The translations under genes and the position numbers were made by a program. Positions 42,595 through 52,339 of a stretch of 64,000 nucleotides of DNA are shown piece by piece. Below the pieces are notes generated by a model, which saw nothing but the letters and a program-made list of their open reading frames with translations, did no database searches and was not told the DNA's origin. Within the stretch, counting starts at the first letter, position 1; each line of letters starts with the position of its first letter. The stretch comes from an uncultured Acidimicrobiaceae bacterium (lineage in GTDB: Bacteria; Actinomycetota; Acidimicrobiia; Acidimicrobiales; RAAP-2). The DNA is taken from positions 15,683 to 79,682 of the forward strand of contig CAWAHA010000029.1 in the NCBI GenBank assembly GCA_963781565.1, in the 5' to 3' direction.

Positions 42595-43157
42595 GGCGTC
42601 GTCGTCGGCGTCGTCGTCGGCGTCGTCGTCGGGCGTGGTTGCCGTCGCCTCGTGCCAGACCCCGAGGGCGCGCCCGCACCCGCCGAGGAGGTTGTCGGCG
42701 GGGGTGGGGCGGGTGCGGGCGTCACCTTCGGGGTGGGGAGGGGCACGGACAGGGAGACATAGGGCAACTCAATGGGACCGGCGCCGGCGCCGGCCGTCAC
42801 CATGTGCAGCTGGGTCGTGGCATCAGCCACAATCCGGGTCGGCGTTTCGAGCTTGGCCACGGCCAGTTCGGCTTGACGGTGGGCACTCTGCTCGACGGAG
42901 AGCTCGTGCTGCAGGCTGGCCAGCTTCACCTGGCCGTTGGCCAAAGAGGCCTGACCGACGACCACGGCCAGCAGCGCCACCACGACCATGCTCACCGAAA
43001 TGATGGTGAGCAGCCTCCCCCCACCAGCACCGGTGCGGCCCCCTCGTATGCCGCGCCGTGTGCGGTCGGGAACGACCCGGAGCGGGGCGCGCCTGGTTGT
43101 TGGAGCTTCTGCGCCGCGTCCGGCGCGCCGGGGAGTGGCAGCGGGAGAAGGTGCCAT
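42591..43157 (-). CDS. ftsL: FtsL-like cell division protein (single TM helix plus coiled coil)
   Basis: Position between rsmH and ftsI. TM helix LLTIISVSMVVVALLAVVV followed by a heptad-like region. ATGA overlap with ftsI. Confidence 0.7.
   Translation of the reverse strand: MAPSPAATPRRAGRGAEAPTTRRAPLRVVPDRTRRGIRGGRTGAGGGRLLTIISVSMVVVALLAVVVGQASLANGQVKLASLQHELSVEQSAHRQAELAVAKLETPTRIVADATTQLHMVTAGAGAGPIELPYVSLSVPLPTPKVTPAPAPPPPTTSSAGAGAPSGSGTRRRQPRPTTTPTTTPTTTP
42595..42630. repeat. Perfect 12-bp tandem repeat x3 (GGCGTCGTCGTC)
   Basis: Read directly. It encodes (TTTP)x3 at the C-terminus of the FtsL-like protein. Confidence 0.95.
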
Positions 43158-44099
43158 CAGGCGGCTTCGGCTTCCGTGCGAACAATGGCGCGCAGGCGAG
43201 CACTCTCCGAGCGAGGATTGGCCGCTATCTCAGCCGCCGATGGCTTGCGGGCGCCACGGAACACGAGCTGATGGCGCACCACGGCTCCGCAGACACAGGG
43301 CAGACCCGGCGGGCAGACGCACCCGCCTGAGGCGGCCTCGGCGAAGACCTGCTTCGTCAGCCTGTCCTCCCCCGAGTGGTAGCTGATGACAGCGCACACG
43401 CCTCCGACGGCCAGGTGCGACAAGGCGACGGGCAGCACCGTCGCCAGCTGGCCGAGCTCGTCGTTCACCTCAATGCGCAGGGCCTGGAACACCCGCCGGG
43501 CGGGGTGACCCTTCCGGCGGGCCGGCGCCGGCACGGCCGACGCCACGACTTCGGCCAGCTGCCTCGTGGAGGTCAGTGGCCGGGCTTGGACGACAGCACG
43601 GGCGATGCGCCCGGACAGCCTCCCCTCGCCGTTCTGGCGGAACAGGGTCGCCAGCTCTTGCACCGGGAGGGTGTTGAGCAGGTCGGCGGCGGTCGACGCC
43701 GCTTGTCGGGTCCATCCGCATGTCGAGCGGGCCGTCCTGGCGGAACGAGAAGCCACGCTCGGACCAGTCCAGCTGCGGGGAGCTCACGCCCAGATCGAGG
43801 AGCACTCCCGAAAGCGGCCCGAATCCCGAACGCGAGAGCACCGCCTCCAGGGTGGAGAAAGGTGCGGCCAGCAGCGTGACCCGGTCCCCGAAGTCCGACA
43901 ACCGAGCGCGTGCGGCCTCGAGTGCCGCCGGATCGCGATCCAGCCCGACGACGCGCAGGGCGGGGTAGGCGTCGAGCAACGAGGCGGCGTGCCCGCCCCC
44001 ACCGACGGTCGCGTCGACGACCACCCCTGGGGGTACGGATGCGAACAGCGAGACCACCTCGTCGCGCAGCACGGGAATGTGTTCGAACGAGTGGGCCAT
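43157..44099 (-). CDS. rsmH: 16S rRNA (cytosine1402-N4)-methyltransferase; one frame correction near 43720
   Basis: HIPVLRDEV...DATVGGGGHA...GVLLDLGVSSPQLD..RGFSF..DGPLDMRMD (ORF 43470..44204), then RIARAVV...RVFQALRIEVNDEL...ISYHSGEDRL (ORF 43157..43756). Confidence 0.9.
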
Positions 44100-44312
44100 C
44101 TGCAGCCCCTCGGCCGGTGGGTCGAGAGGGAGGTGGAGTTCCGAACGACCAACTTGAAGGTGGGTGGAGTGGCCTTCTAGCGCGCCGGTCGAGGAGCTGC
44201 ACATGGTCCAGTGCGTCCTGCGTGGTGTCGTCTTGTTCAGGGTCCTGTGTCGTGTCCTTTCTGTTGTGACTCTCTCTGTCGCCGTTGTCTCTGTTGCCTC
44301 TGTCGGTCGCGA

Positions 44313-44735
44313 CTAGGCCTCGTCGTCGAGCAGCCAGCTCTCCTCCGGCAGCACCCGCTCGGCCCAGGCCGTCGGGTTCCACAGCTCCACCCGGTCGATC
44401 GCCCCGTGCACGAGTACCTCGGACTCCAAGAGGGCGAAGGTCCGCAGATGGGCGGGAATCGGCATACGTCCCTGCCGGTCGATCTCCACCTCGGCCGAGT
44501 TGGCCGCCCATATCCGGGCGCGGTTCCGGTCGGCGCGACCGGACTCTGTCTTCTCCTGCATTGCCTCCATCTGCCGCTCGAACTCCCCGGGGGTCCACAG
44601 CGCCAGACAGCCCTCGGAGTTCTGGGTGAGATACCCGCCACGCTCGTCGAACTGGGCGCGGAACTTCGCAGGCAGGATCACCCTGCCCTTGGTATCGAGC
44701 GAATGCTCGTATCTCCCTACGAAGCCTGCTGCCAC
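44313..44735 (-). CDS. mraZ: Transcriptional regulator MraZ
   Basis: FVGRYEHSLDTKGRVILPAKFR and a second DxxGR repeat (EIDRQGRMPIPAHLR). The GTG start lies 9 nt after GGGAG. Confidence 0.9.
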   Translation of the reverse strand: MAAGFVGRYEHSLDTKGRVILPAKFRAQFDERGGYLTQNSEGCLALWTPGEFERQMEAMQEKTESGRADRNRARIWAANSAEVEIDRQGRMPIPAHLRTFALLESEVLVHGAIDRVELWNPTAWAERVLPEESWLLDDEA

Positions 44736-44788
44736 TGGCTGGATCTCCCACGACGCTCCCTGGCTTGCGTCCTCTGACGCCCCCTCAC

Positions 44789-44844
44789 ACCACTCCGCGC
44801 CACTTTAAACCCTTTTCCACCACCGCACAACCACTAGAACCCAC
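44789..44844 (-). promoter_or_regulatory. Candidate MraZ operator: five GTGG(G/T) boxes, two pairs with 10-nt phasing, 54-109 nt upstream of mraZ
   Basis: CCAC is found on the plus strand at 44790, 44800, 44817/44820, 44831 and 44841. The minus strand reads caGTGGGttctaGTGGTtgtgcgGTGGTGGaaaagggtttaaaGTGGcgcggaGTGGT. Confidence 0.45.
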
Positions 44845-44992
44845 TGCAACACAACTGAAACCCCCGGCCCGCCCCGGCTCTCCCCCGGCCCGCGCAGCGA
44901 CCCCGAGGCAGCCGGCCGCCCGGTCCTCCGGCGTCGCTGCAGGCGGGCGGGCGCGCCCCGCGCCGCCACCACCCCGACGGAGGGACGAACCC

Positions 44993-45091
44993 GAAGAAGA
45001 AGTGAGAAGGAAGGGAGTGGGAGAAGGAGAGGAGAAGAGAAGGAGAGGAAGGAGAGGAGACAGGTGAAAGAGCGGAGAGAGGGAGGAGCGG
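44993..45091. repeat. Polypurine/polypyrimidine tract: 93 of 99 nt are purines on the plus strand, with a 42-nt uninterrupted run and AAGGAGAGGA x3
   Basis: Counted directly. The only pyrimidines are at 45003, 45018, 45061, 45065, 45073 and 45089. AAGGAGAGGA occurs at 45024, 45040 and 45049. Confidence 0.9.
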
Positions 45092-45100
45092 GTCGCCGGC

Positions 45101-45799
45101 CTAGCCGGCCGGTGTCGCCGTCCCATCCTTCACCGTGAAGTCGGTGAAGGACTCCAACAGCGCGGCACGCAGCGGAGCCAGATCACGCACCGGCGGCTCC
45201 AGCTCCGCCAGCCCGCACGCCACGGAGGGCAGGCCTCCGGCCAGGTCGGCCCGCCTGCGCGCATCCACGTCCATGAGCGCCAGCAAAGAGGTCGGATCCC
45301 AGCGGAGGTAGGCGCACGAGGAGAACAGGGCCCCTTCCCGGGCCCGCCACTGCGAAAGGCCGACCACCTTGCGAGAGCCGTGGAACACCTCGCCCGGCCC
45401 GCGGCCTGCGAAGCACACGAGGTCGCCGAGCGCCCCGGGCGCCGATCGGCCCCGGTGCACCGCCAAGCCGCGCTGACCCAGGCCGGTCAATGCCCCCGTC
45501 CACCACGCCCCGACCCACTCGGCCGCGGCCGACACGTCGGCGACCCACAGCGGGTCGTCACGCGGGATCCAGGCGTCGAGCCACAGCTGGTCGCCCGGCC
45601 CGAGGGAGACCGCGCCTCCCCCGCCACGCCGCCGGGCCAGCTCGACCCCGCCCGCTTGCAGCCGAGCCGTGTCGACGAGCTCCCTCGGCTGGGTACTGCC
45701 GAGCACCACCGTCGGGACCGCCACGTCACGGGCGACGGCGACCCGCCGGCTGCGGGTGCGGAACTGCTCGACGTCGAAGAGGGACTCGGGAGAAGGCAA
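45101..45799 (-). CDS. Biotin/lipoate A/B protein ligase (LplA/LipB-like) family protein
   Basis: Intact 232-aa ORF. VLGSTQ...RRRGGGGAVSLGPGDQLWLDAWIP...KVVGLSQWR matches the BPL_LplA_LipB catalytic-domain pattern. Confidence 0.65.
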   Translation of the reverse strand: MPSPESLFDVEQFRTRSRRVAVARDVAVPTVVLGSTQPRELVDTARLQAGGVELARRRGGGGAVSLGPGDQLWLDAWIPRDDPLWVADVSAAAEWVGAWWTGALTGLGQRGLAVHRGRSAPGALGDLVCFAGRGPGEVFHGSRKVVGLSQWRAREGALFSSCAYLRWDPTSLLALMDVDARRRADLAGGLPSVACGLAELEPPVRDLAPLRAALLESFTDFTVKDGTATPAG

Positions 45800-45802
45800 G
45801 CC

Positions 45803-46309
45803 TCAGGACGCCGCGGCGAGATACGGCTCCCACAAGGGGTCCACATCCGACAAGTGACGCAACCGCCAGAGATGCCCGTCCGGAGGAGCGGGCTTCACGC
45901 TCATCGTCCAACCCAGCTCGGACAGGAGCTGGTCGGCCTTCACCAGGTTGTCGCGCTTGCAGGCGGCGACGACGTTGGACCAGTCGTGGGTGCCGCCTCG
46001 GCTGCGCGGGATCACATGGTCGATGGTGTCGGCCGGCTGGGAGCAGTAGACGCAGAGCCCACCGTCACGCCGCAACACGGAGCGCCGGGTCACGGGCGGC
46101 GTACGGGCCCAGCGCGGAATGCGGACCATGTGTGAGAGGCGGACGATCGACGGCACGTCGATGGAGAGGCGGGCCGAGTGGAAGACGCTGCAGTCTTCGC
46201 GGATGGCAACGGCCTCGGCTCGTCCCGCCAGCATCAGAACGACGGCACGACGATCCGAGACGAGGGCCAGCGGCTCATAGGTCGCATTGAGGAGGAGCAC
46301 CCGCTCCAT
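45803..46309 (-). CDS. HNH endonuclease (small McrA-like type)
   Basis: CVYCSQPADTIDHVIPRSRGGTHDWSNVVAACKRDN. Intact, 168 aa. Confidence 0.8.
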   Translation of the reverse strand: MERVLLLNATYEPLALVSDRRAVVLMLAGRAEAVAIREDCSVFHSARLSIDVPSIVRLSHMVRIPRWARTPPVTRRSVLRRDGGLCVYCSQPADTIDHVIPRSRGGTHDWSNVVAACKRDNLVKADQLLSELGWTMSVKPAPPDGHLWRLRHLSDVDPLWEPYLAAAS

Positions 46310-46321
46310 ACGGAAGAGAGG

Positions 46322-46615
46322 CTATCCGCGGCGGGGCCGCGACCTCTGACACCAGCGCACGTAGGCCAGGACGTCGCCCGGGGTCAGCTCCCCGGTGACC
46401 CCGTCCCCTCCGTAGGCGGTGACGAGCCGGAAGCGCCAGTAGGCGTCGCCGGGCAGGGGCAGGAAGGGGGCCCGGTGCCACCAGCCCCGCCGGGCCAGGC
46501 GGCGCAGGGCGCCGGCCGAGGCCCACCAGAGACCCGGACGGGGCCCGACCGCCCGCAGCACGACCCGGGCATCCCGGCCCCAGCCCCGCCGCCTTCCGCC
46601 ACCCGCGCCGCTCAC
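46322..46615 (-). CDS. Small hypothetical protein translationally coupled to the ROK gene
   Basis: GTG 46615 overlaps the ROK stop (GTGA). The protein-like tail is PLPGDAYWRFRLVTAYGGDGVTGELTPGDVLAYVRWCQ. This is the C-terminal part of listed ORF 46322..47506. Confidence 0.4.
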   Translation of the reverse strand: MSGAGGGRRRGWGRDARVVLRAVGPRPGLWWASAGALRRLARRGWWHRAPFLPLPGDAYWRFRLVTAYGGDGVTGELTPGDVLAYVRWCQRSRPRRG

Positions 46616-47506
46616 GTCGCGACCCCGGCGCCGGCCCCGCTCAGTCCCAACCGGGCCGCGCCGATGAGCGGGCCGGCATCTCCCAGCCCGCCGGGCACCA
46701 CCCGCGCCCCCCGGGCGAAGGCAATCCGGCACAGCGCATCCATCTCCGCCTGTGCCGCCGCGAAGAAGGGTGGGCCGAAGCCCAGCGCCACCGATCCGCT
46801 CACGACCGCCAGCGACAGGTCGAGCAGGACGGCGACGGCGGCGATGGCGCGGCCGACGAGCATGCCCGTCCGCGCCACCCACTCCGGCGACGCCAGCCGG
46901 GCCGGCTGCCCGGTCAGGGCCTCCAGCGCCGTGCCCGACGCCTCCGCCTCGAGACAGCCCCGGCTCCCACAGACACAGGCGCGACCGCCGGGGACGACGA
47001 CGATGTGACCGACATGGCCCGCATTGCCGAGCCGGCCGTCGAGCAGCCGGCCGTCGACCACCAACCCGCCACCCACGCCGGTCGACACGACCATGGCGAT
47101 GTAGTCGTCGTGCCCGACCGCCGCCCCCACCCAGCCCTCGCCGAGCGCCAGCGCCTTGGCGTCGTTGTCCACGTAGGTGGGGAGTCCCGTCAGCGCCGCC
47201 AGCCGCGACCGCAGGGGAAACGACCGCCACCCCAGAATGTTCAGGGGCGACACCTCCTCGCCGCCGGGACTCATCGGGCCGCCGCACCCGGTGCCGCACA
47301 CCACGAGCCGGTCCCCCGGGCCCACCAGGCCGGTCACGCCTGCGACCACCCCGGCCAGGGCGTCCCACAGGGCCTCGGCGTCGTCCGGCCCGGCGGAGGG
47401 AGGGGTCGGCTGCATCGGCGCGGTGCAGCAAGGTGCCGTCGAGGGCGACCAGCCCGGCCGCCATCTTCGTGCCGCCGATGTCGACGGCCAGGGCGAGATC
47501 TGCCAC
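46612..47506 (-). CDS. ROK family sugar kinase or regulator; one frame correction near 47420
   Basis: LAVDIGGTKMAAGLV (ORF 46322..47506 N-terminus), then DNDAKALALGE, GGGLVVDGRL..G..GNAGHVGH and CVCGSRGCLEAEASG (ORF 46612..47415). Confidence 0.8.
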
Positions 47507-47620
47507 GGGAGGATTGTTACCGTCGACGGAGGCGGGACCGCGCCAGGCGCGTCACGCTCTGGCCGTCACGGGGTCAGCCATACGGACCGAGCGGAGCCGG
47601 TGCGGGCCCCGGCGCCAGGC

Positions 47621-48028
47621 TCAGTTCTCGCGCCGGTGAAAGCGCGAGCGGAACCAGTCTCGGGCATCGCTCACCGCGCTCTCGATCCCGTTGACGGCGC
47701 CCTCGGACTTCGATTGCCCGTCCTTCGATCGTGTCAGGTCGTGCCATCCGGCACGTCCCATGCGGCGCAGGTTGCGCTCGAACCAGATGGCCGAGGCGAA
47801 CATGATCACGACACCGACGAAGCCGGCGATGACCGACTTGCTGTAGAAGGCGACCAGGATCACCACCCCGAGGACGAAGGTGACCGCCGCCCACTTGCAG
47901 TAGCGCCCGGCGTGCCGGTACACGGTCTCGGAACGCACACGCTCCGCGAACTCGGGGTCCTGGCGAACCAGTGACTCCTCGAGCTCAGCCAGAATGCGCT
48001 GTTCGTGGTCCGAAAGCGGCACTACCAC
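47621..48028 (-). CDS. DUF3040 domain membrane protein
   Basis: PLSDHEQRILAELEESLVRQDPEFAERV followed by two TM helices. The start is either GTG 48028 or GTG 48022. Confidence 0.75.
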   Translation of the reverse strand: MVVPLSDHEQRILAELEESLVRQDPEFAERVRSETVYRHAGRYCKWAAVTFVLGVVILVAFYSKSVIAGFVGVVIMFASAIWFERNLRRMGRAGWHDLTRSKDGQSKSEGAVNGIESAVSDARDWFRSRFHRREN

Positions 48029-48267
48029 CTACCCCCTGGGATCTCCACATCCACCTGCCACCCATGTTGGCACGCGCCAGGGACGCCGACAACGAGTTCG
48101 TGTCCCTTCGTGCCTGCCTGCACGGCCGTCTTCACCGTCACGCAGCTTAGAACCCGGCGGCGAGCATCGGCACGCGGTCATCGACTTGCAATGAGCGGCC
48201 CAGGCCGTGCCCAGGATGCCGAGGCCGCCCCGACCGGCCGCCGGACCATCTCCCCCGGGGCCGGGAT

Positions 48268-48561
48268 CTACTCCTCGGCCTCAGGCTTGGCCTTGCGCCG
48301 CATGATCAGGAACGTGATGAGCGCCCCGAGCAGGCCCGAAAGAAGGATCACGACGATCAGCGGTGCTTGGCGGTGGAAGACCCAGAAGTCAATCTGCACC
48401 TTCCTGATGTTGGCCAGCGCGAACCAGCCCAACAGGATGCCCACCGCCAAAATGCCGACCAGCCGGAACTGGTAGCGGCGATCGGCCTTCTTCTTGCCGC
48501 CCCCGTCCTCCTCGAAGGTCGGGGGCTCCGAGTGCACCGGCGGTCTGGCCACGGCCACCAT
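48268..48561 (-). CDS. LapA/DUF1049-like small membrane protein
   Basis: Two TM helices flanking NIRKVQIDFWVFHRQAPLIVVILLS. The start is uncertain. Confidence 0.55.
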   Translation of the reverse strand: MVAVARPPVHSEPPTFEEDGGGKKKADRRYQFRLVGILAVGILLGWFALANIRKVQIDFWVFHRQAPLIVVILLSGLLGALITFLIMRRKAKPEAEE

Positions 48562-48649
48562 TCTGCCCTGCCCACGAACCCGCGGCGCGGTCCTCCAGCC
48601 CGCCCCCCTCGCCGCCAGCTGCTATGAGAGTGGTCCCGGAAGGAGGGTC

Positions 48650-50213
48650 ATGACCACGAGCGATGTACTCACCGGCGCCCGCACCATGTGGGAGCTGGTC
48701 GACCGCCGAGCGCAGCTGTCGCCGGACCATCCCCTGCTCATCGCCGCCGACGGTGAGACGGTCACGTCCGGCCAATTCCGTGACCGGGTCGAGCGGGTCG
48801 CCGCCGGCCTCCACGACATGGGCATCACGACCGGATCGATCGTGTCGTGGCAGCTCCCGACCCGGATCGACACCGTCGTGCTGTCCATCGCCCTGGCCCG
48901 TCTCGGCGCCGTCCAGAACCCGATCATCCACCTCTACCGCGAGCGGGAGGTGGGCTTCGCACTGCGCCAGACCGGTGCCGAGCTGTTCGTCATCCCGTCG
49001 ACCTGGCGCAACACCGACTTCGTCGCCATCGCCGAGGGCGCATTGGCAGGCGCGGACCGTCGCCCGACCATCCTCACGACCGACGGAGGCCTGCCCGAGG
49101 GCGACCCGGCCGCGTTGCCTGCGCCCCCGGAAGGGACGGCGCCCGAGGAGGCGCCCGATCCGCTGGATCTACTACACGTCCGGCTCGACCGCCGACCCCA
49201 AAGGCGTGCAGCACACCGACCAGACCTTGATCGCCGGCGGCTGGGGCCTCGCCCGTGCGCTCGACATGGGCCCCGACGACGTCGGGTCGATCGCCTTCCC
49301 GTTCGCGCACATCGCCGGCCCCGATTATCTGGTCACCATGCTGTCGATGGGGTTCCCCGCCATCCTCGTCGAGGCCTTCTCGGCCCCCGACGTGCTCCCG
49401 CTCTTTCGTGAGCACGGTGCCACCATGGTCGGAGGGAGCACCGCCTTCTACGTGGCGTACCTCGGCGAGCAACGCAAGACACCCACGGAGCCGATCCTCC
49501 CGTCGTTGCGGCTGATGTCCGGTGGTGGTGCCGCCAAGCCGCCCGAGGTCCACTACGAGGTGCGCGACGAAATCGGTGGACGCGGCGTGGTGCACGGGTA
49601 CGGCATGACCGAGGTGCCGATGATCGCCAACGGCTCGCCGCACGACACCGACGAGCAGCTGGCCAACACGGACGGGAAACCGGTGGAGGGAGCCGACGTG
49701 CGCATCGTGACGCTGGACGGCCGGCCGGCCGAGCCCGACGAGGAAGGCGAGGTGCGGGTAAAGGGCCCGATGGTCTTCCACGGCTACACCGACCCCGCCC
49801 TCGACGCCGAGGCCTTCGACGAGGACGGCTACTTCCGCACCGGCGACCTGGGCCGCCTCCGGGCCGACGGGCACCTGAACCTGACCGGTCGCCTCAAGGA
49901 CGTGATCGTCCGCAAAGGGGAGAACATCAGCGCCAAGGAGATCGAGGACCTGCTCTACACCCATCCCGAGGTGGTCGAGGTCGCAGTCATCGGGCTGCCC
50001 GACGCGGCGCGGGGCGAGCGCGTCTGTGCCGTCGTGCAGTTGGCGGACGGGTCGACCGGGCTCGAGCTGGCCGACGTGGTCTCGTTCTGCCGTGAGGCCG
50101 GGCTCATGACGCAGAAGATCCCCGAGCAGCTCGAGCTCCGGACCGATTGGCCCAGGGCCGGGACAGGCAAAATCGTCAAGAAGTCCCTGCGCGACGAGTA
50201 CGCCTCGCAGTGA
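48650..50213 (+). CDS. AMP-dependent acyl-CoA synthetase/ligase; one frame correction near 49155
   Basis: ATG 48650 lies 3 nt after AGGAGGG. YYTSGSTADPKGVQHT, YGMTEV, YFRTGDLG, GRLKDVIVRKGENISAKEIE and the terminal GKIVK are all present. Confidence 0.85.
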
Positions 50214-50785
50214 CCACGCCCAACCTTGGTGCACCACGGCCCCGCGGCCTCGTCGTCCCACCGGAGCCGCTTGAAGACCGGCCGTACCGCATCGTCTTCG
50301 TCTGCACCGGGAACATCTGCCGCTCCCCCATGGCCGAAGTGATCACGCGTGCGCTGGCGGCATCGACCGACCTGGCGGACGGGACCACGCTGGCCGACCA
50401 CCTCGAGGTGCGCAGCGCCGGGACCGGGCCGTGGCACGAAGGCGAGCCGATGCATCCGCTGGCGCAGGCTGCGCTGGTCCGCGCCGGGTACCCGGACCAT
50501 CCGCACGTGGCCCATCAGGTCGTGTCCGCCGAGCTCGGGAGCATCGACCTCCTGGTCGCGCTCGATCGCCGCCACCAGCAGACCCTGCGCAGCCTGGGCG
50601 CCGACCCCGACCGTCTCGCCCTCCTCCGCTCCTTCGACCCCGCCGCCGGTGCGGCCGCCGATGTGCCCGACCCCTACTACGGCGACGACGAGGTCTTCGG
50701 CGAGTGCCGCGACATGATCGCCGCCGGCTGCGCCGGGATCGTCGCCTCCCTGGCGTTCCAGCGGGACACCCGCGGGGTGGCCTAG
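50210..50785 (+). CDS. Low-molecular-weight protein tyrosine phosphatase
   Basis: VFVCTGNICRSPMAE (CX5R P-loop) and DPYYG. The GTG start overlaps the upstream stop (GTGA). Confidence 0.85.
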   Translation: MTTPNLGAPRPRGLVVPPEPLEDRPYRIVFVCTGNICRSPMAEVITRALAASTDLADGTTLADHLEVRSAGTGPWHEGEPMHPLAQAALVRAGYPDHPHVAHQVVSAELGSIDLLVALDRRHQQTLRSLGADPDRLALLRSFDPAAGAAADVPDPYYGDDEVFGECRDMIAAGCAGIVASLAFQRDTRGVA

Positions 50786-50882
50786 GCACAGCCGGTCCCG
50801 ACAGCGCGCCAGCCGCGCGAAGCCGCTGGTCAGCCACCGTCCACCCCGGGGGCCGGGGCAGAGTCTGTGCCATAGTGCCGAC

Positions 50883-52256
50883 GTGGTCTCACGAAGGGTC
50901 ATGCGCCGGCGGCGCCAGTTCGCCGTCGGGGGCGCACTCGTCCTCCTGCTGTTGATCTATTTCGCCTTCTTCACGGGCGGTTCGAGCTCTCCCCCCAAGG
51001 CCCCGGCAACGACCCACCACGCCGTTGCCACGGCGGAGCGCTTTCCGAAGCACTCCCCGCTCAACCCCGACTGGACCGGCAACGGCAAGACCGTCACGCT
51101 CGGCTTCGGGGGTGACGTCCATTTCGCAGGCGCCGTCGGGACCAACCTGGCCAAGAACCCCTCCACCGCCCTCGGCACGACCATCCCGCAACTCTTCTCC
51201 GGGGCCCAGCTCCGCATGGTCAACCTCGAGACCGCGGTGACCGACGGGACCTGCCCCGAGCCGCAGAACAAGCCGTACATCTTCGACGCGCCCGCCTCTG
51301 CCGTCACGGCCCTCAAGAGCGCCACGGTGTCGGTCGCCACCGAGGCCAACGATCACGGCATGGACTGCGGCGCCCAGGGTCTGTCACAGAACCTGACGAT
51401 CGCGTCGCAGGCCAGCTATCCGATCATCGGGATCGGCAACACCGCGGCGCAGGCCTTCGCGCCCTACCGGGTGACCATCAACGGCCAACGCGTGGCGATC
51501 ATCACGGCGACGCAGGTGATCGCCGACAACCTCGTCACCACGTGGACCGCGTCATCGACCCAGCCGGGCGTGGCCTCGGCGATCGACCCCACGCAACTGG
51601 TACGCGAGGTCCAACAGGTTCGTCGCTCGGCCGACACCGTGATCGTCTACGTCCACTGGGGCACCGAGACGCAGGCCTGCCCGAACCCGCAACAGGAGCC
51701 ACTGGCGCAGCAGCTCATCAAGGCGGGCGCCGACATCGTCATCGGCTCGGGTACCCACGTCCTGCTGGGCGCCGGCTACCTCGGCGGCGCCTACGTCGAC
51801 TACGGCCTGGGCAACCTCGCCTTCTACGACGACACCGCTCCCGAGACCGACAGCGGCACCCTCATCGTCACCGCACAGGGCCGCCACATCACCGGCGCCG
51901 TCTGGCGCCCCGCCACCATCCTCGACGGCGTGCCCCAACCGCTGACGGGCACCCCGGCCACGGCGGCGGTCTCGAGCTGGAACGCCGCCCGCAGCTGCAC
52001 CAACCTGTCGCCGACGCCGACGGCGACCCTCGCCACCATGCGCGGCGAGACCGTGCCCTTCGTGGCGCCGGCCACGCCGCCGGCCACGACCACCACGACC
52101 GCGGCGGCTTCGAACGGTGGGAGCACCACGACGACCACGGCACCGGCGTCCGGGGGATCGACGACCACCACGACAAGTGCCGGGAACACCACCACGACGA
52201 GCACGACCACTCCCGCCTCGACCACCACGCAGGCGACGGACAACGCCGGCGGCTGA
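50883..52256 (+). CDS. CapA (PGA_cap) family metallophosphoesterase-like exported protein with a Thr-rich C-terminal tail
   Basis: N-terminal TM/signal sequence. GFGGDVHF, MVNLETAVT, ATEANDHGMD, VYVHWGTE and IGSGTHVL are present. Intact, 457 aa. Confidence 0.8.
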   Translation: MVSRRVMRRRRQFAVGGALVLLLLIYFAFFTGGSSSPPKAPATTHHAVATAERFPKHSPLNPDWTGNGKTVTLGFGGDVHFAGAVGTNLAKNPSTALGTTIPQLFSGAQLRMVNLETAVTDGTCPEPQNKPYIFDAPASAVTALKSATVSVATEANDHGMDCGAQGLSQNLTIASQASYPIIGIGNTAAQAFAPYRVTINGQRVAIITATQVIADNLVTTWTASSTQPGVASAIDPTQLVREVQQVRRSADTVIVYVHWGTETQACPNPQQEPLAQQLIKAGADIVIGSGTHVLLGAGYLGGAYVDYGLGNLAFYDDTAPETDSGTLIVTAQGRHITGAVWRPATILDGVPQPLTGTPATAAVSSWNAARSCTNLSPTPTATLATMRGETVPFVAPATPPATTTTTAAASNGGSTTTTTAPASGGSTTTTTSAGNTTTTSTTTPASTTTQATDNAGG

Positions 52257-52339
52257 GCCGCAGCTGGACCAAGTCCAGAGCGGAGCCGCGCCGGGACCCG
52301 GCCGGCCTCAGCCAGCGAGGCAAATGAGGTCAGATCAGG

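Noticed and set aside
17892-44735. Reading the frame-broken dnaE, ftsZ, mur, ftsI, ftsW and mraY genes as true pseudogenes, or as programmed frameshifting.
   Set aside because: Too many essential single-copy genes are affected. The breaks show no shared slippery-site motif, and single-base edits restore canonical motifs. Sequence error is far more parsimonious.
44765-45126. ORFs 44765..45067 (+) and 44785..45126 (-) across the polypurine tract.
   Set aside because: Their translations are pure low-complexity sequence (EEKRRRGRRG and SPLLPLLLFSSPSP) dictated by the tract. There is no RBS or start context. The region is treated as non-coding.
45803-46309. The HNH endonuclease next to the LplA-like gene, and the partial HNH at 1-398, considered as parts of a restriction or defence system.
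   Set aside because: No adjacent methyltransferase, ATPase, helicase or other defence partner is present. Small stand-alone HNH proteins of these types are common conserved actinobacterial genes.
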